Counted from the first letter of the stretch, positions 54,844 to 64,000 are shown. The stretch: DNA of 64,000 bases from an uncultured Gammaproteobacteria bacterium (GCA_964599625.1 CAZRGC010000004.1:139705-203704); one strand, 5' to 3'. Notes: generated by a model not told the origin, from the letters alone. Made by a program: numbers and translations.

Positions 54844-54869
54844 AAAAAAACTCTCCTTTTTGGTGAGAG
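54844..54869 (-). terminator. intrinsic terminator / possible attenuator 13 nt upstream of the M20 start
   Basis: Minus strand CUCUCACC-AAAAA-GGAGAG followed by UUUUUUU. Confidence 0.4.
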
Positions 54870-55037
54870 TTTTGCTTGTTTAAGCTTAAATTAATTTTTT
54901 TATATACCTCTCTCACCACGCATAACCTTCTTCCACGAATGGAAATAGGAGTTAAACATGTAGGAAAGACGTGTCATTGTCTGTATTTTAGCTTTTAAAG
55001 ACACTGAAGGTCAAGAAGATTCCGAATTATCGGCAAA

Positions 55038-56225
55038 TTACCCTTCAAGTGACAACCCGTTTGCAACCAACTGCCCAATATCTTCCATATCTTCGGAGGT
55101 GCGAAGTATGAAGTTTTGCGGTACTTTCACACCCGACTTTCGGCACGATTCGGCAATCATGTTCATCCACTTGTTTCTTATGTCCGGTTCGTCATATTCA
55201 TCAAAAAGTGTTTGAGGTTCTCTAAACATAAGCATTTCCTCACGGCTGGGGTTTGTCCAATCAAAAACAATCAAATCAATTCTGCCTGTTTCTGCAAGCT
55301 GCATACATGCCGAAAGATTTGCCTCAGTGATAATATCCACCCCCTTAAATCTTCCGTCTTTCTGTAGCTTTTGATGCAGATTGTCCCTAACCCGGCCGTA
55401 ATTGTACAGATCGTTTTCAACCAAAAGTATAGTTGCCGGACCAAAAACCCTCCGCCCATTCTCGATACTCACGACATCCAAATTCCCGAAAGTTTCCGAC
55501 AAAGGGATATTGGGATTACGCTTGTCAGCCTCCCATTTCGTCCTTTCTTTGATAACGTTGGCTTCATACAAAACGTGTTCTTTTATACGCTTTTCTTTTT
55601 TGCCTGCTAAACTAACTGCCTTAGTCAAAAATTTATCTACACCAGGAATTGAACCTGACTCCATGAGTTTTCGAAGGTCTTCAGATTTTGACAAAATCGG
55701 AGGCATATGAAGTCCGCGGGACTTCATATGGGTCATAATCACCAAATAAATGTTTTCAAAGTAGCTGTCTTGGTCAGACAGGCTCTCCAAAGTAATTCGT
55801 TCGAAGTCCATAAACGGAACTTCGGTGTCGGGACCACCTCTCATACGGCTAAACTCATCCATTACCAATTTTCTTGTTTTGATTGGATCTGTTAAGTCAG
55901 ATTTCGGAATCTCTCCGGACACATTTGTCATGCCGCCAACAGAAAAAATCTTTTTACCGTTAAATGCTACTCCCCACGATTTTGTGGGCAAATAAGTATC
56001 TCCATCTGTGTGTCTGTCTGAATATTCGATCCTGGCTAAAATTTTATATTCCGCACCCTCTCCCGACAAAGTTAGAGCAAACGTAAAAAACTCCTGAGAT
56101 CTTTTGCCTGTTATTTTGTTTTGAAGTTCAGGGAAAAGGCTCTGCTCTGTAGCGTCTAACCCTGTTATGTCAGCGAAAAACTTTGCTTCTGTCGCCAGTT
56201 CACTGTTTTTGATTCTTTCTTTCAT
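55038..56225 (-). CDS. hypothetical protein with C-terminal response-regulator receiver-like domain
   Basis: C-terminal ATILLVENDLYNYGRVRDNL...GRIDLIVFDW resembles REC-domain beta1 and beta3. The N-terminal ~250 aa is unassigned. Confidence 0.45.
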   Translation of the reverse strand: MKERIKNSELATEAKFFADITGLDATEQSLFPELQNKITGKRSQEFFTFALTLSGEGAEYKILARIEYSDRHTDGDTYLPTKSWGVAFNGKKIFSVGGMTNVSGEIPKSDLTDPIKTRKLVMDEFSRMRGGPDTEVPFMDFERITLESLSDQDSYFENIYLVIMTHMKSRGLHMPPILSKSEDLRKLMESGSIPGVDKFLTKAVSLAGKKEKRIKEHVLYEANVIKERTKWEADKRNPNIPLSETFGNLDVVSIENGRRVFGPATILLVENDLYNYGRVRDNLHQKLQKDGRFKGVDIITEANLSACMQLAETGRIDLIVFDWTNPSREEMLMFREPQTLFDEYDEPDIRNKWMNMIAESCRKSGVKVPQNFILRTSEDMEDIGQLVANGLSLEG

Positions 56226-56243
56226 TGCCCTTTATGCAAGTTT

Positions 56244-56876
56244 TTAGCCTGCAGACCTTTGTAAGTAGTGGTCGGGCGAAAGAAGGAAGGAGCTTCCTTT
56301 CTTTTTGTACATACTCCAATAGTTTTTCTTTTCGGCACGTTTGTTGGAACTTTGAAGCCAAACAGAAGCTTCGTTTATTTTTTTGCGAAAAGATTGAAGG
56401 AAGTTGAGAACCTTCTCAAAAAACAGAACATGATAAACCCCAGGGTTGGCTGGTGCCTGGACCATGGCAACCTGAGTCGCCTCTGCCAAATTTTGGGTGC
56501 TTTGAGCCACTTTGGAAATTTCCTGGGTAATCGCTTGAAGCTGTACTCTTAATTCGTTGCTTTTTTGTTCCGCCAGCCTGGCTTGTTCACCGGAAAGACG
56601 TCTTTCAAGCCCAATCTGAGCACGTAGTTTTTTGTTTTCCTCCTCTTTTCCGCTTAGGATGTCAGCCATAGACAAAGACTCACCCATAGAAATATCACCG
56701 GAGCGCCTTGGAGCGGCCTTAGGAAGCCCCAAAAGCTCTTTAAAAAAGTCTTCTGAGGTCTTTTTGAAAAGGTCGGATTTGATTGAATCGGACGCGGAAT
56801 TACCCAGATCCTTGAGCGACTCAAGAACGTTTTGCTTAGTCCTTATATTGCCTTTGGTTTTTTTATTGTCCGCCAT
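56244..56876 (-). CDS. hypothetical coiled-coil protein
   Basis: Central heptad-rich region (LRAQIGLERRLSGEQARLAEQKSNELRVQLQAITQEISK). Confidence 0.4.
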   Translation of the reverse strand: MADNKKTKGNIRTKQNVLESLKDLGNSASDSIKSDLFKKTSEDFFKELLGLPKAAPRRSGDISMGESLSMADILSGKEEENKKLRAQIGLERRLSGEQARLAEQKSNELRVQLQAITQEISKVAQSTQNLAEATQVAMVQAPANPGVYHVLFFEKVLNFLQSFRKKINEASVWLQSSNKRAEKKNYWSMYKKKGSSFLLSPDHYLQRSAG

Positions 56877-56908
56877 TGGCCGAAGTTTAACTCAATTTAA
56901 GGCTATTA

Positions 56909-57799
56909 TCAAGAAATTGCAAGAAGACTATCAAGTGCCATTCTGCGCCTGAGAATTGATTCTACCAAGCGTTTTCTGCCTTCGGGATCGGAGTCTTTAG
57001 TGGTTGATTGGGACATCTCAAGAGCCGAGCTGAGTTCTGATTCATTAACTTTGAGGCCTTCTACCTCTGCAACCTTGGTAAGTGCCAGATCGAGTGTAAT
57101 GGCATCTTTTGCCTGTTGGGCATACTCGGCTTTCAAATCCTCAACCTTCTTATTAATAGAATTTAGGTAATTTTCCAATGCCAAACCCAACTTTTCCAGT
57201 CTTGCCAACAGGTTAGAAAGACGACTGTTTGCTTCTTCTTCAACTAAAATCTGAGGAATTTCTATTTTTATGCTGTCCAAAAGGGCTTTTATTACAATTC
57301 CTTCTTTTTCTTCTTTTGTCAGACCCTCTTTACCAGCTGCCACTTTGTCAGGTGTTACGATGCTATCCTTTCTGAGTGCTCCCGCAATTTCTTTCTTGTA
57401 ATCACCTAACTTGACTTCGGGAAGTTCACAAGTGGTCCCTTTAATCTGCCATGGTTCGTTCTCCTTGGCACTTATAAGTTCAAATTTGGGGTAAATAGCA
57501 AGTTTAAGGTTGTTTTTTTCTATTGCCTCACCCAATGCGGATGGAAGTATATGACCCAAAGAATGTTCAACAAGCTCACTTGGGTTGATTTTTTCTCTTA
57601 CCTTGGCAAGTGGTGCTTTGCCTTTCCTGAAACCGGGAACTTCAATATTGACAGCCATTTCAGCAACGGTGTCTTCTTGGGCTTTTTGTACTGTCGCAAA
57701 AGGAATTGTAAAAGTTATTTGGATGTTGCCATTACTATCACGAGCCACAACGGAGGTAACCCCTTCTGCCTTGCTGTGTGTATGTGTTGCCATTTTCAA
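56909..57799 (-). CDS. tig: trigger factor (short form)
   Basis: Ribosome-binding signature PGFRKGKAP in the N-terminal domain; 296 aa, so lacks part of the PPIase/C-terminal modules. Confidence 0.7.
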   Translation of the reverse strand: MKMATHTHSKAEGVTSVVARDSNGNIQITFTIPFATVQKAQEDTVAEMAVNIEVPGFRKGKAPLAKVREKINPSELVEHSLGHILPSALGEAIEKNNLKLAIYPKFELISAKENEPWQIKGTTCELPEVKLGDYKKEIAGALRKDSIVTPDKVAAGKEGLTKEEKEGIVIKALLDSIKIEIPQILVEEEANSRLSNLLARLEKLGLALENYLNSINKKVEDLKAEYAQQAKDAITLDLALTKVAEVEGLKVNESELSSALEMSQSTTKDSDPEGRKRLVESILRRRMALDSLLAIS

Positions 57800-57864
57800 A
57801 AAATTACCACGCCCTAAGCGTGGAACAGGTATAGTTTAGCCTTAAAAACCCAAAACTGCAAGAA

Positions 57865-58044
57865 TTATTTACCTCCGGCACCCTTGCTTTGGGTTATTCT
57901 GATTTGGGGTGGTGTAACCTTGGCTCCTCCGCCAAACTTTTTACCTCCAACGTTTACACCTCCGGAAAAAACAGAGGTTTTTCGCCCAAACATTGAGGGC
58001 ATTTTAGGCGGCTCACTCACTCTGATTTTGTCATTGTTTGCCAT
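57865..58044 (-). CDS. hypothetical small Gly/Lys-rich protein
   Basis: Track ORF trimmed to the internal ATG (MANNDKIRVSEPPK...GGKKFGGGAKV...). Confidence 0.25.
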   Translation of the reverse strand: MANNDKIRVSEPPKMPSMFGRKTSVFSGGVNVGGKKFGGGAKVTPPQIRITQSKGAGGK

Positions 58045-58224
58045 ATATACGCTTATATTATATAATAACATTGTTATTTTCAAAGGAGGTGTGCCTAAGT
58101 ATTTGAAGTAAGGAGTTTTCCGTTCTTCGTAAGCTTTCTGCCGTCCCTCACAAAAGTAGCTCATGAAAGGAGGTGACACATAAACTAAACCCACAAAACT
58201 TGTTTTTGTGGAAAAAACATTACT

Positions 58225-58485
58225 ATGCAAAATAAATTATTCGTTGGAAACTTGGATTTTTCAGTTGTAGCCGATGATCTTAGATCTTTGTTCGCAGGTG
58301 CCGGTACAGTTACCGATGCAGCTGTTATCATGGACAAGATGACCGGAAGAAGCAGAGGATTTGGATTTGTTACTATGAGCACAGATGAAGAAGCTAATGC
58401 TGCTATCGAAAAGTTCAATCAGTACGACCTCAAAGGAAGAAAGATCAATGTCAACATTGCTCGTCCGATGGAACCAAGACAATAA
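58225..58485 (+). CDS. RRM-type RNA-binding protein
   Basis: RNP-2 LFVGNL and RNP-1 RGFGFVTM. Confidence 0.85.
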   Translation: MQNKLFVGNLDFSVVADDLRSLFAGAGTVTDAAVIMDKMTGRSRGFGFVTMSTDEEANAAIEKFNQYDLKGRKINVNIARPMEPRQ

Positions 58486-58501
58486 CATTGTCTTGTAGGT
58501 C

Positions 58502-58537
58502 AAAAAAAAACGCGTCACGAAAAGGCGCGTTTTTTGT
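58502..58537. terminator. bidirectional intrinsic terminator
   Basis: A9-ACGCG...CGCGU-U6 hairpin between convergent genes. Confidence 0.55.
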
Positions 58538-58595
58538 TGGTAAACCCAAAAAAAAGTTTCCACTCCGTAGCCAACTTGATGTGAGAACAAATCGT

Positions 58596-58934
58596 CTACT
58601 CTGTAGCCAATTTGTTGAGAAACCAGGAGACCAAAGAAAGAACAATGGAGGCAATTATAGCGGTCTGGAAGCTAACAATTTCGAATCCTGGAACCGCCTG
58701 TGAAGAAAACCACAAGAGTGCAACATTGATAAGAAATGCGGAAATGCCAAAGGTGAGAATGGAAATGGGAAGAGCGACAAATTGCAAAATTGGCTTAAGA
58801 AGTGTATTAACAATTCCCAACACTATTGAAGCAACAACAGCCGAACCAAAACTTGCAATCTTGAACCCCGGAACCAAATAAGCAACCACAAAAAGCGCTA
58901 TTACATTAACCGCCATTTTGTATACAAGTCTCAT
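58596..58934 (-). CDS. DUF360 / phage-holin-family-4-like small membrane protein
   Basis: 112 aa with 3-4 TM segments and an internal repeat (VPGFKIASFGSAVVASIVLGIVN / VPGFEIVSFQTAIIASIVLSLVS). Confidence 0.6.
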   Translation of the reverse strand: MRLVYKMAVNVIALFVVAYLVPGFKIASFGSAVVASIVLGIVNTLLKPILQFVALPISILTFGISAFLINVALLWFSSQAVPGFEIVSFQTAIIASIVLSLVSWFLNKLATE

Positions 58935-58970
58935 TACTTAAGTATTTAATATGAAAGTTCTATTGTCAAG

Positions 58971-59969
58971 TTAGTTTGAATTAAAAAATTCTAAACTTTG
59001 CAAAATTGCAGTGTCCCACCCAGGGGTCAGATTGTGATTTGCACCCGCGTGTTTGACATAGGAAATATCAACACCCTCCTTCTTTATTTTTGTATTAAGT
59101 GCGTCATTCCACACAAAGGGCACGGCCTCGTCCGCAGTTCCCTGGTGCAATTGAATTTTTGTTTCTTTGTTTATCCTCCCCAAATAACTCTGAATGGAAT
59201 ACTTGGTCACATCGTAGTCGGACATAAAAGAAGAAAGCTTGGTAATTATAAGTTTCCCTTCGTCACTAGCCTCATCCAAATAATAGAGAATGGAATATGG
59301 GAACTTGGCAGAGTTTGGTGCCCATAAAACAGTCGTATAGGGTTTTTCTGTTATCTCCAACATAGCCAGAGCAATCTGCCCTCCATTACTGTGTCCCCAA
59401 ATAGAAACTTTGCCGTTGCCATTTTGGATATTCTCCGCTGCTTTGAGGGTAGCCAGAGCTGTTGTATAAGTTTGGAATCTTGATTCAAAAATATCACCGG
59501 CCTCAGTATCTGAACCAGCATAACCCAAAAAGTCGGGGGCAATTGTTATATATCCGTTAGACGCAAAAAATTCACCTCCGTGTTGCGTCCCCATTCCTGT
59601 CACATACAATTTCTGATCAACATAACCGCGGAACATTACAATTACAGGAAAAGTGCCTTCGCCTTTGGGAATATTAATAAGGCCTGTTATTTTTTTCTTT
59701 TGACCTTTTGCTGTTGCAGGCTCAAATGTCAAAGAAAACTCGTTTGATGTAAATTTGGGGTAATCTTTCACAAGACTACCGACTTCAAGTTGGTATTCAG
59801 GCACCACCCACCGGGAAAGGTTATCAAAAGAATATTTCTCCAAGGGATATTGCTTGATTTCCGAAACAATATTTCCCGGTTTTCTGGGCAAATGATATGC
59901 ACTATTTGCAAACCAGCCTATCAAAACGAACACAACCGCTATGGAAAAATAATAGAAGAACTGCTTCAC
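58971..59969 (-). CDS. alpha/beta hydrolase (S9/dienelactone-hydrolase-like) with N-terminal TM
   Basis: Nucleophile elbow GHSNGG. Confidence 0.6.
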   Translation of the reverse strand: MKQFFYYFSIAVVFVLIGWFANSAYHLPRKPGNIVSEIKQYPLEKYSFDNLSRWVVPEYQLEVGSLVKDYPKFTSNEFSLTFEPATAKGQKKKITGLINIPKGEGTFPVIVMFRGYVDQKLYVTGMGTQHGGEFFASNGYITIAPDFLGYAGSDTEAGDIFESRFQTYTTALATLKAAENIQNGNGKVSIWGHSNGGQIALAMLEITEKPYTTVLWAPNSAKFPYSILYYLDEASDEGKLIITKLSSFMSDYDVTKYSIQSYLGRINKETKIQLHQGTADEAVPFVWNDALNTKIKKEGVDISYVKHAGANHNLTPGWDTAILQSLEFFNSN

Positions 59970-59972
59970 AGA

Positions 59973-60410
59973 CTATTCTAACATCTTTTTAAGCCACTCT
60001 TCCCTATACACAAGCTTCCTGGCACTGGGTGTCGAAAGTCCTTGGATAACACCACCAAGGAGAAATCCTCGCGTAAGCCAAAAGTCCAAAACAACATTGT
60101 TTATTAGTATGGAAACCACTAAAAGCAGAGAAAAGTTGAACCAATGGTGAAAGTGGATCACCCTGCCTTTAATCGTTATTCTTATACTTGGCAAAAGTTC
60201 TAATCTTTTTATTCTTAGATGAGGGAATTTGTGCCAAACTTTGGATTTGGGATGAGTAAACAAGTTGCAGATTTTGTAGCTAATTAAAGTTGCTAAAATT
60301 GTAAAAATGTAAGTCACGTTATATAGCTTAGCACAATCTTCAAAGATGCAAAACACATCTTGACTTCGTGTTTTATTCGGGTATAAAAATAAGTATGACG
60401 CAAAAGCCAA
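59973..60410 (-). CDS. hypothetical membrane protein
   Basis: 145-aa ORF abutting the hydrolase gene start; low complexity. Confidence 0.25.
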   Translation of the reverse strand: MAFASYLFLYPNKTRSQDVFCIFEDCAKLYNVTYIFTILATLISYKICNLFTHPKSKVWHKFPHLRIKRLELLPSIRITIKGRVIHFHHWFNFSLLLVVSILINNVVLDFWLTRGFLLGGVIQGLSTPSARKLVYREEWLKKMLE

Positions 60411-60655
60411 ACTCTCCCATTTCTGTTGGTGTGAGTTTCGATCACGTCAAAAAAGTAATATCCCCCCGTTGGATTTTATGGAACGGCAGGACACACAAAA
60501 TTGAGAAGATTGGATTGCACCACACTTATCGAAGCGGCAGAACTTTGTTTCATGTATTTTCGGTTACCGGTAAGACTTTATTTTTTCGTTTAGTGCTGGA
60601 CACAGAAACTCTGGGATGGAAACTGGCTGAAATAAGTGACGGGCTACCGGACTAG
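60368..60655 (+). CDS. hypothetical protein, co-transcribed partner of Y-family polymerase
   Basis: 95-aa ORF ending 3 nt before the polymerase start codon. Confidence 0.3.
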   Translation: MFYSGIKISMTQKPNSPISVGVSFDHVKKVISPRWILWNGRTHKIEKIGLHHTYRSGRTLFHVFSVTGKTLFFRLVLDTETLGWKLAEISDGLPD

Positions 60656-60657
60656 GT

Positions 60658-61902
60658 ATGATTTTGAATTTTAACTCAACTCCAAGTTACAGAATGCACA
60701 TCGACCTCAACTCCTGTTTTGCGACAGTGGAACAGCAGGCAAACCCACTACTTCGCGGGAGGCCTGTTGTTGTGGCTGCCTACAAAAGCCCAGGTGGATG
60801 CATTTTGGCATCTTCAATAGAAGCGAAAAGATTGGGTATTAAAACCGGAATGAGAGTTGGTGACGGAAAGAAAATTTACAGAAGTTTAATAGTCTTGGAA
60901 TCCGACCCTTGGAAATATAGAGACGTACACAAAAAACTAAAAAGACTTTTGTCTGAATATACATACAACTTTGTTCCCAAAAGCATTGATGAATTTGCTC
61001 TCAACTTCAAGGGTTTTCCGGCATATCAAAAAGGGATGATTAACATAGGACGGGAAATAAAGTTGAGAATAAAAAAAGAAATAGGTGAATGGCTCACTGT
61101 GTCGGTGGGCATTGCCCCAAACAGATATTTGGCAAAAATTGCCGCAGGACTCATCAAACCGGACGGCCTGGAAGAAATAAACAAAGATAATTTTTTGAAT
61201 ATTTATTCTAAGTTAAAACTTACCGACCTTACAGGAATAAAAGAAAGAAACGAAATAAGACTCAACTCTGTCGGAATAAACTCTGTTCTGGATTTTTACC
61301 GCGCCCCTCCCAATATTTTAAGGATTGCATTCCACTCAATAACCGGACTCTATTGGCACACCCGCCTGTCTGGTTACGAGGTAGATGATGTTGAATTTGC
61401 AAGAAGAAGTTATGGCAACTCCGTTGCTTTGGGTGCAAAAGTGGCAGAAAGAGAAGAAATTTTACCTGTGCTTTCTAATCTGGTTGAAAAGATGAGTGCC
61501 AGGTTAAGACGGGCGGGCTACAAAGCCAAAGGGGTTCATTTGGCTTTGTCATACAAAGACGGTTCTTTCTGGCATAGGGGGGAACTTTGTCAAAAATCTC
61601 TTTTTGACTCCAGAGATATTTTTAGGGAATCTCTGAGGATTCTTGAATACCACTCTTTCGGCAAACCTCTAAGAAATATTGCCGTTTCCGTATTTGATCT
61701 AACCAAAACTCAAAACCTGCAGTTGGATTTTTTTGACGATGTGGAGAAAAAGGACATACTTATGAAAGCAGTGGATGGTGTCAATGAAAGATGGGGTGAC
61801 TTTGTAATAACTCCCGGCAGAATGCTTGCAAGCAAACAAAAAGTTTTGGATAGGATCGCCTTTGGCGGAGTAAAAGAGTTGGAGGAATTTACTCTTGGTT
61901 AA
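60658..61902 (+). CDS. Y-family DNA polymerase (DinB/UmuC-like)
   Basis: HIDLNSCFATVEQ catalytic block and GRPVVVA; thumb and little-finger regions. Confidence 0.8.
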   Translation: MILNFNSTPSYRMHIDLNSCFATVEQQANPLLRGRPVVVAAYKSPGGCILASSIEAKRLGIKTGMRVGDGKKIYRSLIVLESDPWKYRDVHKKLKRLLSEYTYNFVPKSIDEFALNFKGFPAYQKGMINIGREIKLRIKKEIGEWLTVSVGIAPNRYLAKIAAGLIKPDGLEEINKDNFLNIYSKLKLTDLTGIKERNEIRLNSVGINSVLDFYRAPPNILRIAFHSITGLYWHTRLSGYEVDDVEFARRSYGNSVALGAKVAEREEILPVLSNLVEKMSARLRRAGYKAKGVHLALSYKDGSFWHRGELCQKSLFDSRDIFRESLRILEYHSFGKPLRNIAVSVFDLTKTQNLQLDFFDDVEKKDILMKAVDGVNERWGDFVITPGRMLASKQKVLDRIAFGGVKELEEFTLG

Positions 61903-62756
61903 CCTTTAGGGAGTTCAATTTTACCTGCCTCAGCCAAAATTCTGATCGGATGCATCCAAGCGCTTCCAGCAACCTTGACCCATGGCCACATTATTGCAGC
62001 CTTGGAAAAATCTGACAAAGGAAAGTCTTTGCCGGGTTCGTTCAAATGACTGGCGTATGAATAAATGGAGGCGACAAGCTCGTTAAGCAGATCTGAAGCT
62101 TGGGATTTTATAGTCATGTATGCACGCACTGCTTCTGTTCTTCCGATAGATGGTGTGGATTTTAAAATACCCAAAGTCTTTCCTGCACTTTCCAGATTTT
62201 TCCAAAACCTTGATACTATAATTTTTTGTCTAAAAATCTCTTCTCTGGAAGAAATAACCTCACCCGTTGGGTTTAGAGTGGCCATCAAAAAAGGGTCTGT
62301 CTTTGGGGGGATGACGATAGGGGCAACATCCGAGTCTATTCTGGTAGTGATCATTACTCTTGGAGTAGAAACAGGCACCAAGGTTAAAGGTTGTACAACT
62401 ATTTTTTTGTTGGGATCATACGTTTCAATAATTTTGAACGGTTCCCACTTTGGTGTCACATGCGCAGGCATCCTGGGAACCGGAAAAACTTTATTAAATG
62501 CCGGATGGGCGTATGAGTGCACTTTGGATGGCCTTTCCTGATCCATGTGGCGCACCATCCAGTCCACCATTTCGGCAGGAAGCTCACTACCCACACCACT
62601 TTGCCTCAAAGACCCATAGACTTTATCGCTCCATACAACAAAGGCAGGGATATCAATTTGTTTTTGTATACTTGTTTCTTGGCCAGTAGCAACAACCCAC
62701 TCACCGGCTGCTTGCCAGGTAGGTGCCACTGTAAATGTTTGTAATTCTTTTTGCAT
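61899..62756 (-). CDS. hypothetical protein
   Basis: 285-aa ORF with GC visibly higher than the window average; no motif. Confidence 0.45.
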   Translation of the reverse strand: MQKELQTFTVAPTWQAAGEWVVATGQETSIQKQIDIPAFVVWSDKVYGSLRQSGVGSELPAEMVDWMVRHMDQERPSKVHSYAHPAFNKVFPVPRMPAHVTPKWEPFKIIETYDPNKKIVVQPLTLVPVSTPRVMITTRIDSDVAPIVIPPKTDPFLMATLNPTGEVISSREEIFRQKIIVSRFWKNLESAGKTLGILKSTPSIGRTEAVRAYMTIKSQASDLLNELVASIYSYASHLNEPGKDFPLSDFSKAAIMWPWVKVAGSAWMHPIRILAEAGKIELPKG

Positions 62757-62757
62757 T

Positions 62758-63915
62758 TTAGTAACCGGAATAACTTGACCAAAAACGATCTTCTTGTTCT
62801 CGCCTTGCCCGCTCTATTGCCGCCTCTTCCATCAAATGATGACTAAAACCGACCACAATACCGTCTGGGACTGTGTTGGCAAAGGAGGCTGTCAATAAAA
62901 TGGGAAGATGCACCGCTAGTGTAGCAGATCTTGTATTTTTGTCCATTGGTATGCCGTCTATGCCCAAAATGTCTTCCGAAAGGTGTCTTGACAACTTTAA
63001 TACGTTTTCTGTTGCAACGTTTCTTATTTGATAAACGGTGTTATTGAAAGACCAATATTTCCATCTTTCATCATTTGGCATAAGTATCCAACCCTTTGAC
63101 ATAACTTCCCATTCTTTGGATGCACCCCCAACGGTTACCGAAATTGACTGAAGCTGGGTATTATCCTGGTCCAAACGAGGATCACCCAAAAAGGCTGCAA
63201 CAATTGGGGTTTTAAGTGGCATTCCCGTAAATTGAAGCGGCCAGTCCAAGATATGTCTCTCCATCGAAAGTGTTTGCAAGTCTCTCATTTTGGACTTCAA
63301 ATACGGCAGGTGTTTAATATCAACCTTGGCCAACTCACCCGAAGACGTAATCACCTCGGCAACTCTTGAAATCATTGGCAAATTCTCATCAACAAATTCC
63401 GAGTAATGCGGATCTCCAGTAAGCACAAGCGGGACTCTGGCTATCCTCTCTGTGTTGCCACCTTCCACGTCGTACTCCATTATTACAGGGTGGATGTTTG
63501 GAGAAATTTGCGAGTTTGGAAAAAAAGAATAAGCACTCCTTAGCCTGATTCTTCCCGGATTTATATTCTGTGTTTCTCTGGAGATTGTATAGAGTTTGTC
63601 TTGTATATTGGAGCCGGGGTTTCCCAAAAGCTTAATGCCCTCGCTCATATCGGCACCCAATGGATTTTTGAATATAGTTGGTGAACAAATTTGAGCAAGG
63701 CGGTAGTAAATAAGACACTCGGGCCTGTCAAATCTTTGCGACTCCGACCCCAATATGCCAAAATAGTCGGCAAAAAGCTGCTCCAGCCTCCCATGGTTGG
63801 ACGGCTCACTCATATCAAGAGTGGTTACGTCGTCAAAAACGTTTAGAGCATGCTTAAATTCACGCATAACCCTCCATGAAGCCGCCTTCTCCAATACCGT
63901 ATTTTTTTCTGCCAT
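62758..63915 (-). CDS. hypothetical protein
   Basis: 385-aa ORF translationally coupled to the downstream ORF; higher GC; no motif. Confidence 0.45.
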   Translation of the reverse strand: MAEKNTVLEKAASWRVMREFKHALNVFDDVTTLDMSEPSNHGRLEQLFADYFGILGSESQRFDRPECLIYYRLAQICSPTIFKNPLGADMSEGIKLLGNPGSNIQDKLYTISRETQNINPGRIRLRSAYSFFPNSQISPNIHPVIMEYDVEGGNTERIARVPLVLTGDPHYSEFVDENLPMISRVAEVITSSGELAKVDIKHLPYLKSKMRDLQTLSMERHILDWPLQFTGMPLKTPIVAAFLGDPRLDQDNTQLQSISVTVGGASKEWEVMSKGWILMPNDERWKYWSFNNTVYQIRNVATENVLKLSRHLSEDILGIDGIPMDKNTRSATLAVHLPILLTASFANTVPDGIVVGFSHHLMEEAAIERARREQEDRFWSSYSGY

Positions 63916-63921
63916 GTGCGG

Positions 63922-63951
63922 ATTATAGACTTAGATAATATTTGAAGTCAA
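63922..63951 (-). promoter_or_regulatory. sigma70 consensus promoter (TTGACT-N18-TATAAT), leaderless
   Basis: The -10 TATAAT ends 6 nt before ATG 63915, implying a leaderless mRNA. Confidence 0.45.
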
Positions 63952-64000
63952 CTATGGGGTGGCCGGTCAATTCAAATCTTACTCAGATCCACCGGGTCTC

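Noticed and set aside
1-64000. CRISPR arrays, transposases, integrases, prophage structural genes
   Set aside because: No direct-repeat/spacer periodicity and no recombinase-like ORFs were found. The only duplication near a tRNA is a 23-nt 5'-end repeat without an adjacent integrase.

Overview
The 64-kb window looks like a contig from a small-genome, low-GC bacterium in standard code 11; the gene content (pilM/N/O with a PilX-type pilin, truncated thrS and trigger factor, many small ribosomal genes) resembles Patescibacteria/CPR, but the taxon is an inference. Bases 1-16.2 kb form a low-GC (~32%) glycan assembly locus: a Wzy_C/O-antigen-ligase-like protein, GT1/GT2 glycosyltransferases, a Wzm/Wzt ABC exporter, polytopic GT-C-like membrane proteins, a polysaccharide deacetylase-SAM methyltransferase fusion, an SGNH hydrolase, a NodU/CmcH carbamoyltransferase preceded by two tiny TM proteins, an initiating sugar-phosphate transferase and a PMT/ArnT-like GT-C. 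It abuts a GC-richer type IV pilus block (PilX-like pilin, pilM, pilN, pilO). The remainder is mostly housekeeping on the minus strand: acpP-like, rnc, rpsP, KH protein, nusB, rpmF, recG, tyrS, trpS, PBP1A, pheST, rplT, rpmI, infC, thrS, typA, uppP, cca, cdd, tig, a dinB-like polymerase, tRNA-Ala(GGC) and tRNA-Val(GAC). It is interspersed with three M20 peptidases, an M19 dipeptidase and an Asp/Glu racemase. Most notable findings: (1) two paralogous modules, each a T-box riboswitch leader with its own sigma70-like promoter, T-box core and intrinsic terminator, followed by a GNAT-fold acyltransferase and a 363-aa M20 deacylase; one T-box has a UGG-containing loop plus a UGGC acceptor-pairing bulge and sits beside trpS and a TDO-like gene. 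(2) Two paralogous promoter / near-leaderless mini-ORF (MNT..W.Y) / GCAA-tetraloop terminator cassettes, positioned as attenuators before the M20-tyrS operon and before an unknown-483aa / M19 dipeptidase / racemase operon. (3) A conserved hairpin leader with compensatory base changes downstream of extended -10 promoters, upstream of both tRNA genes, plus an exact 23-nt duplicate of the tRNA-Ala 5' end. No CRISPR array, transposase or integrase was found.
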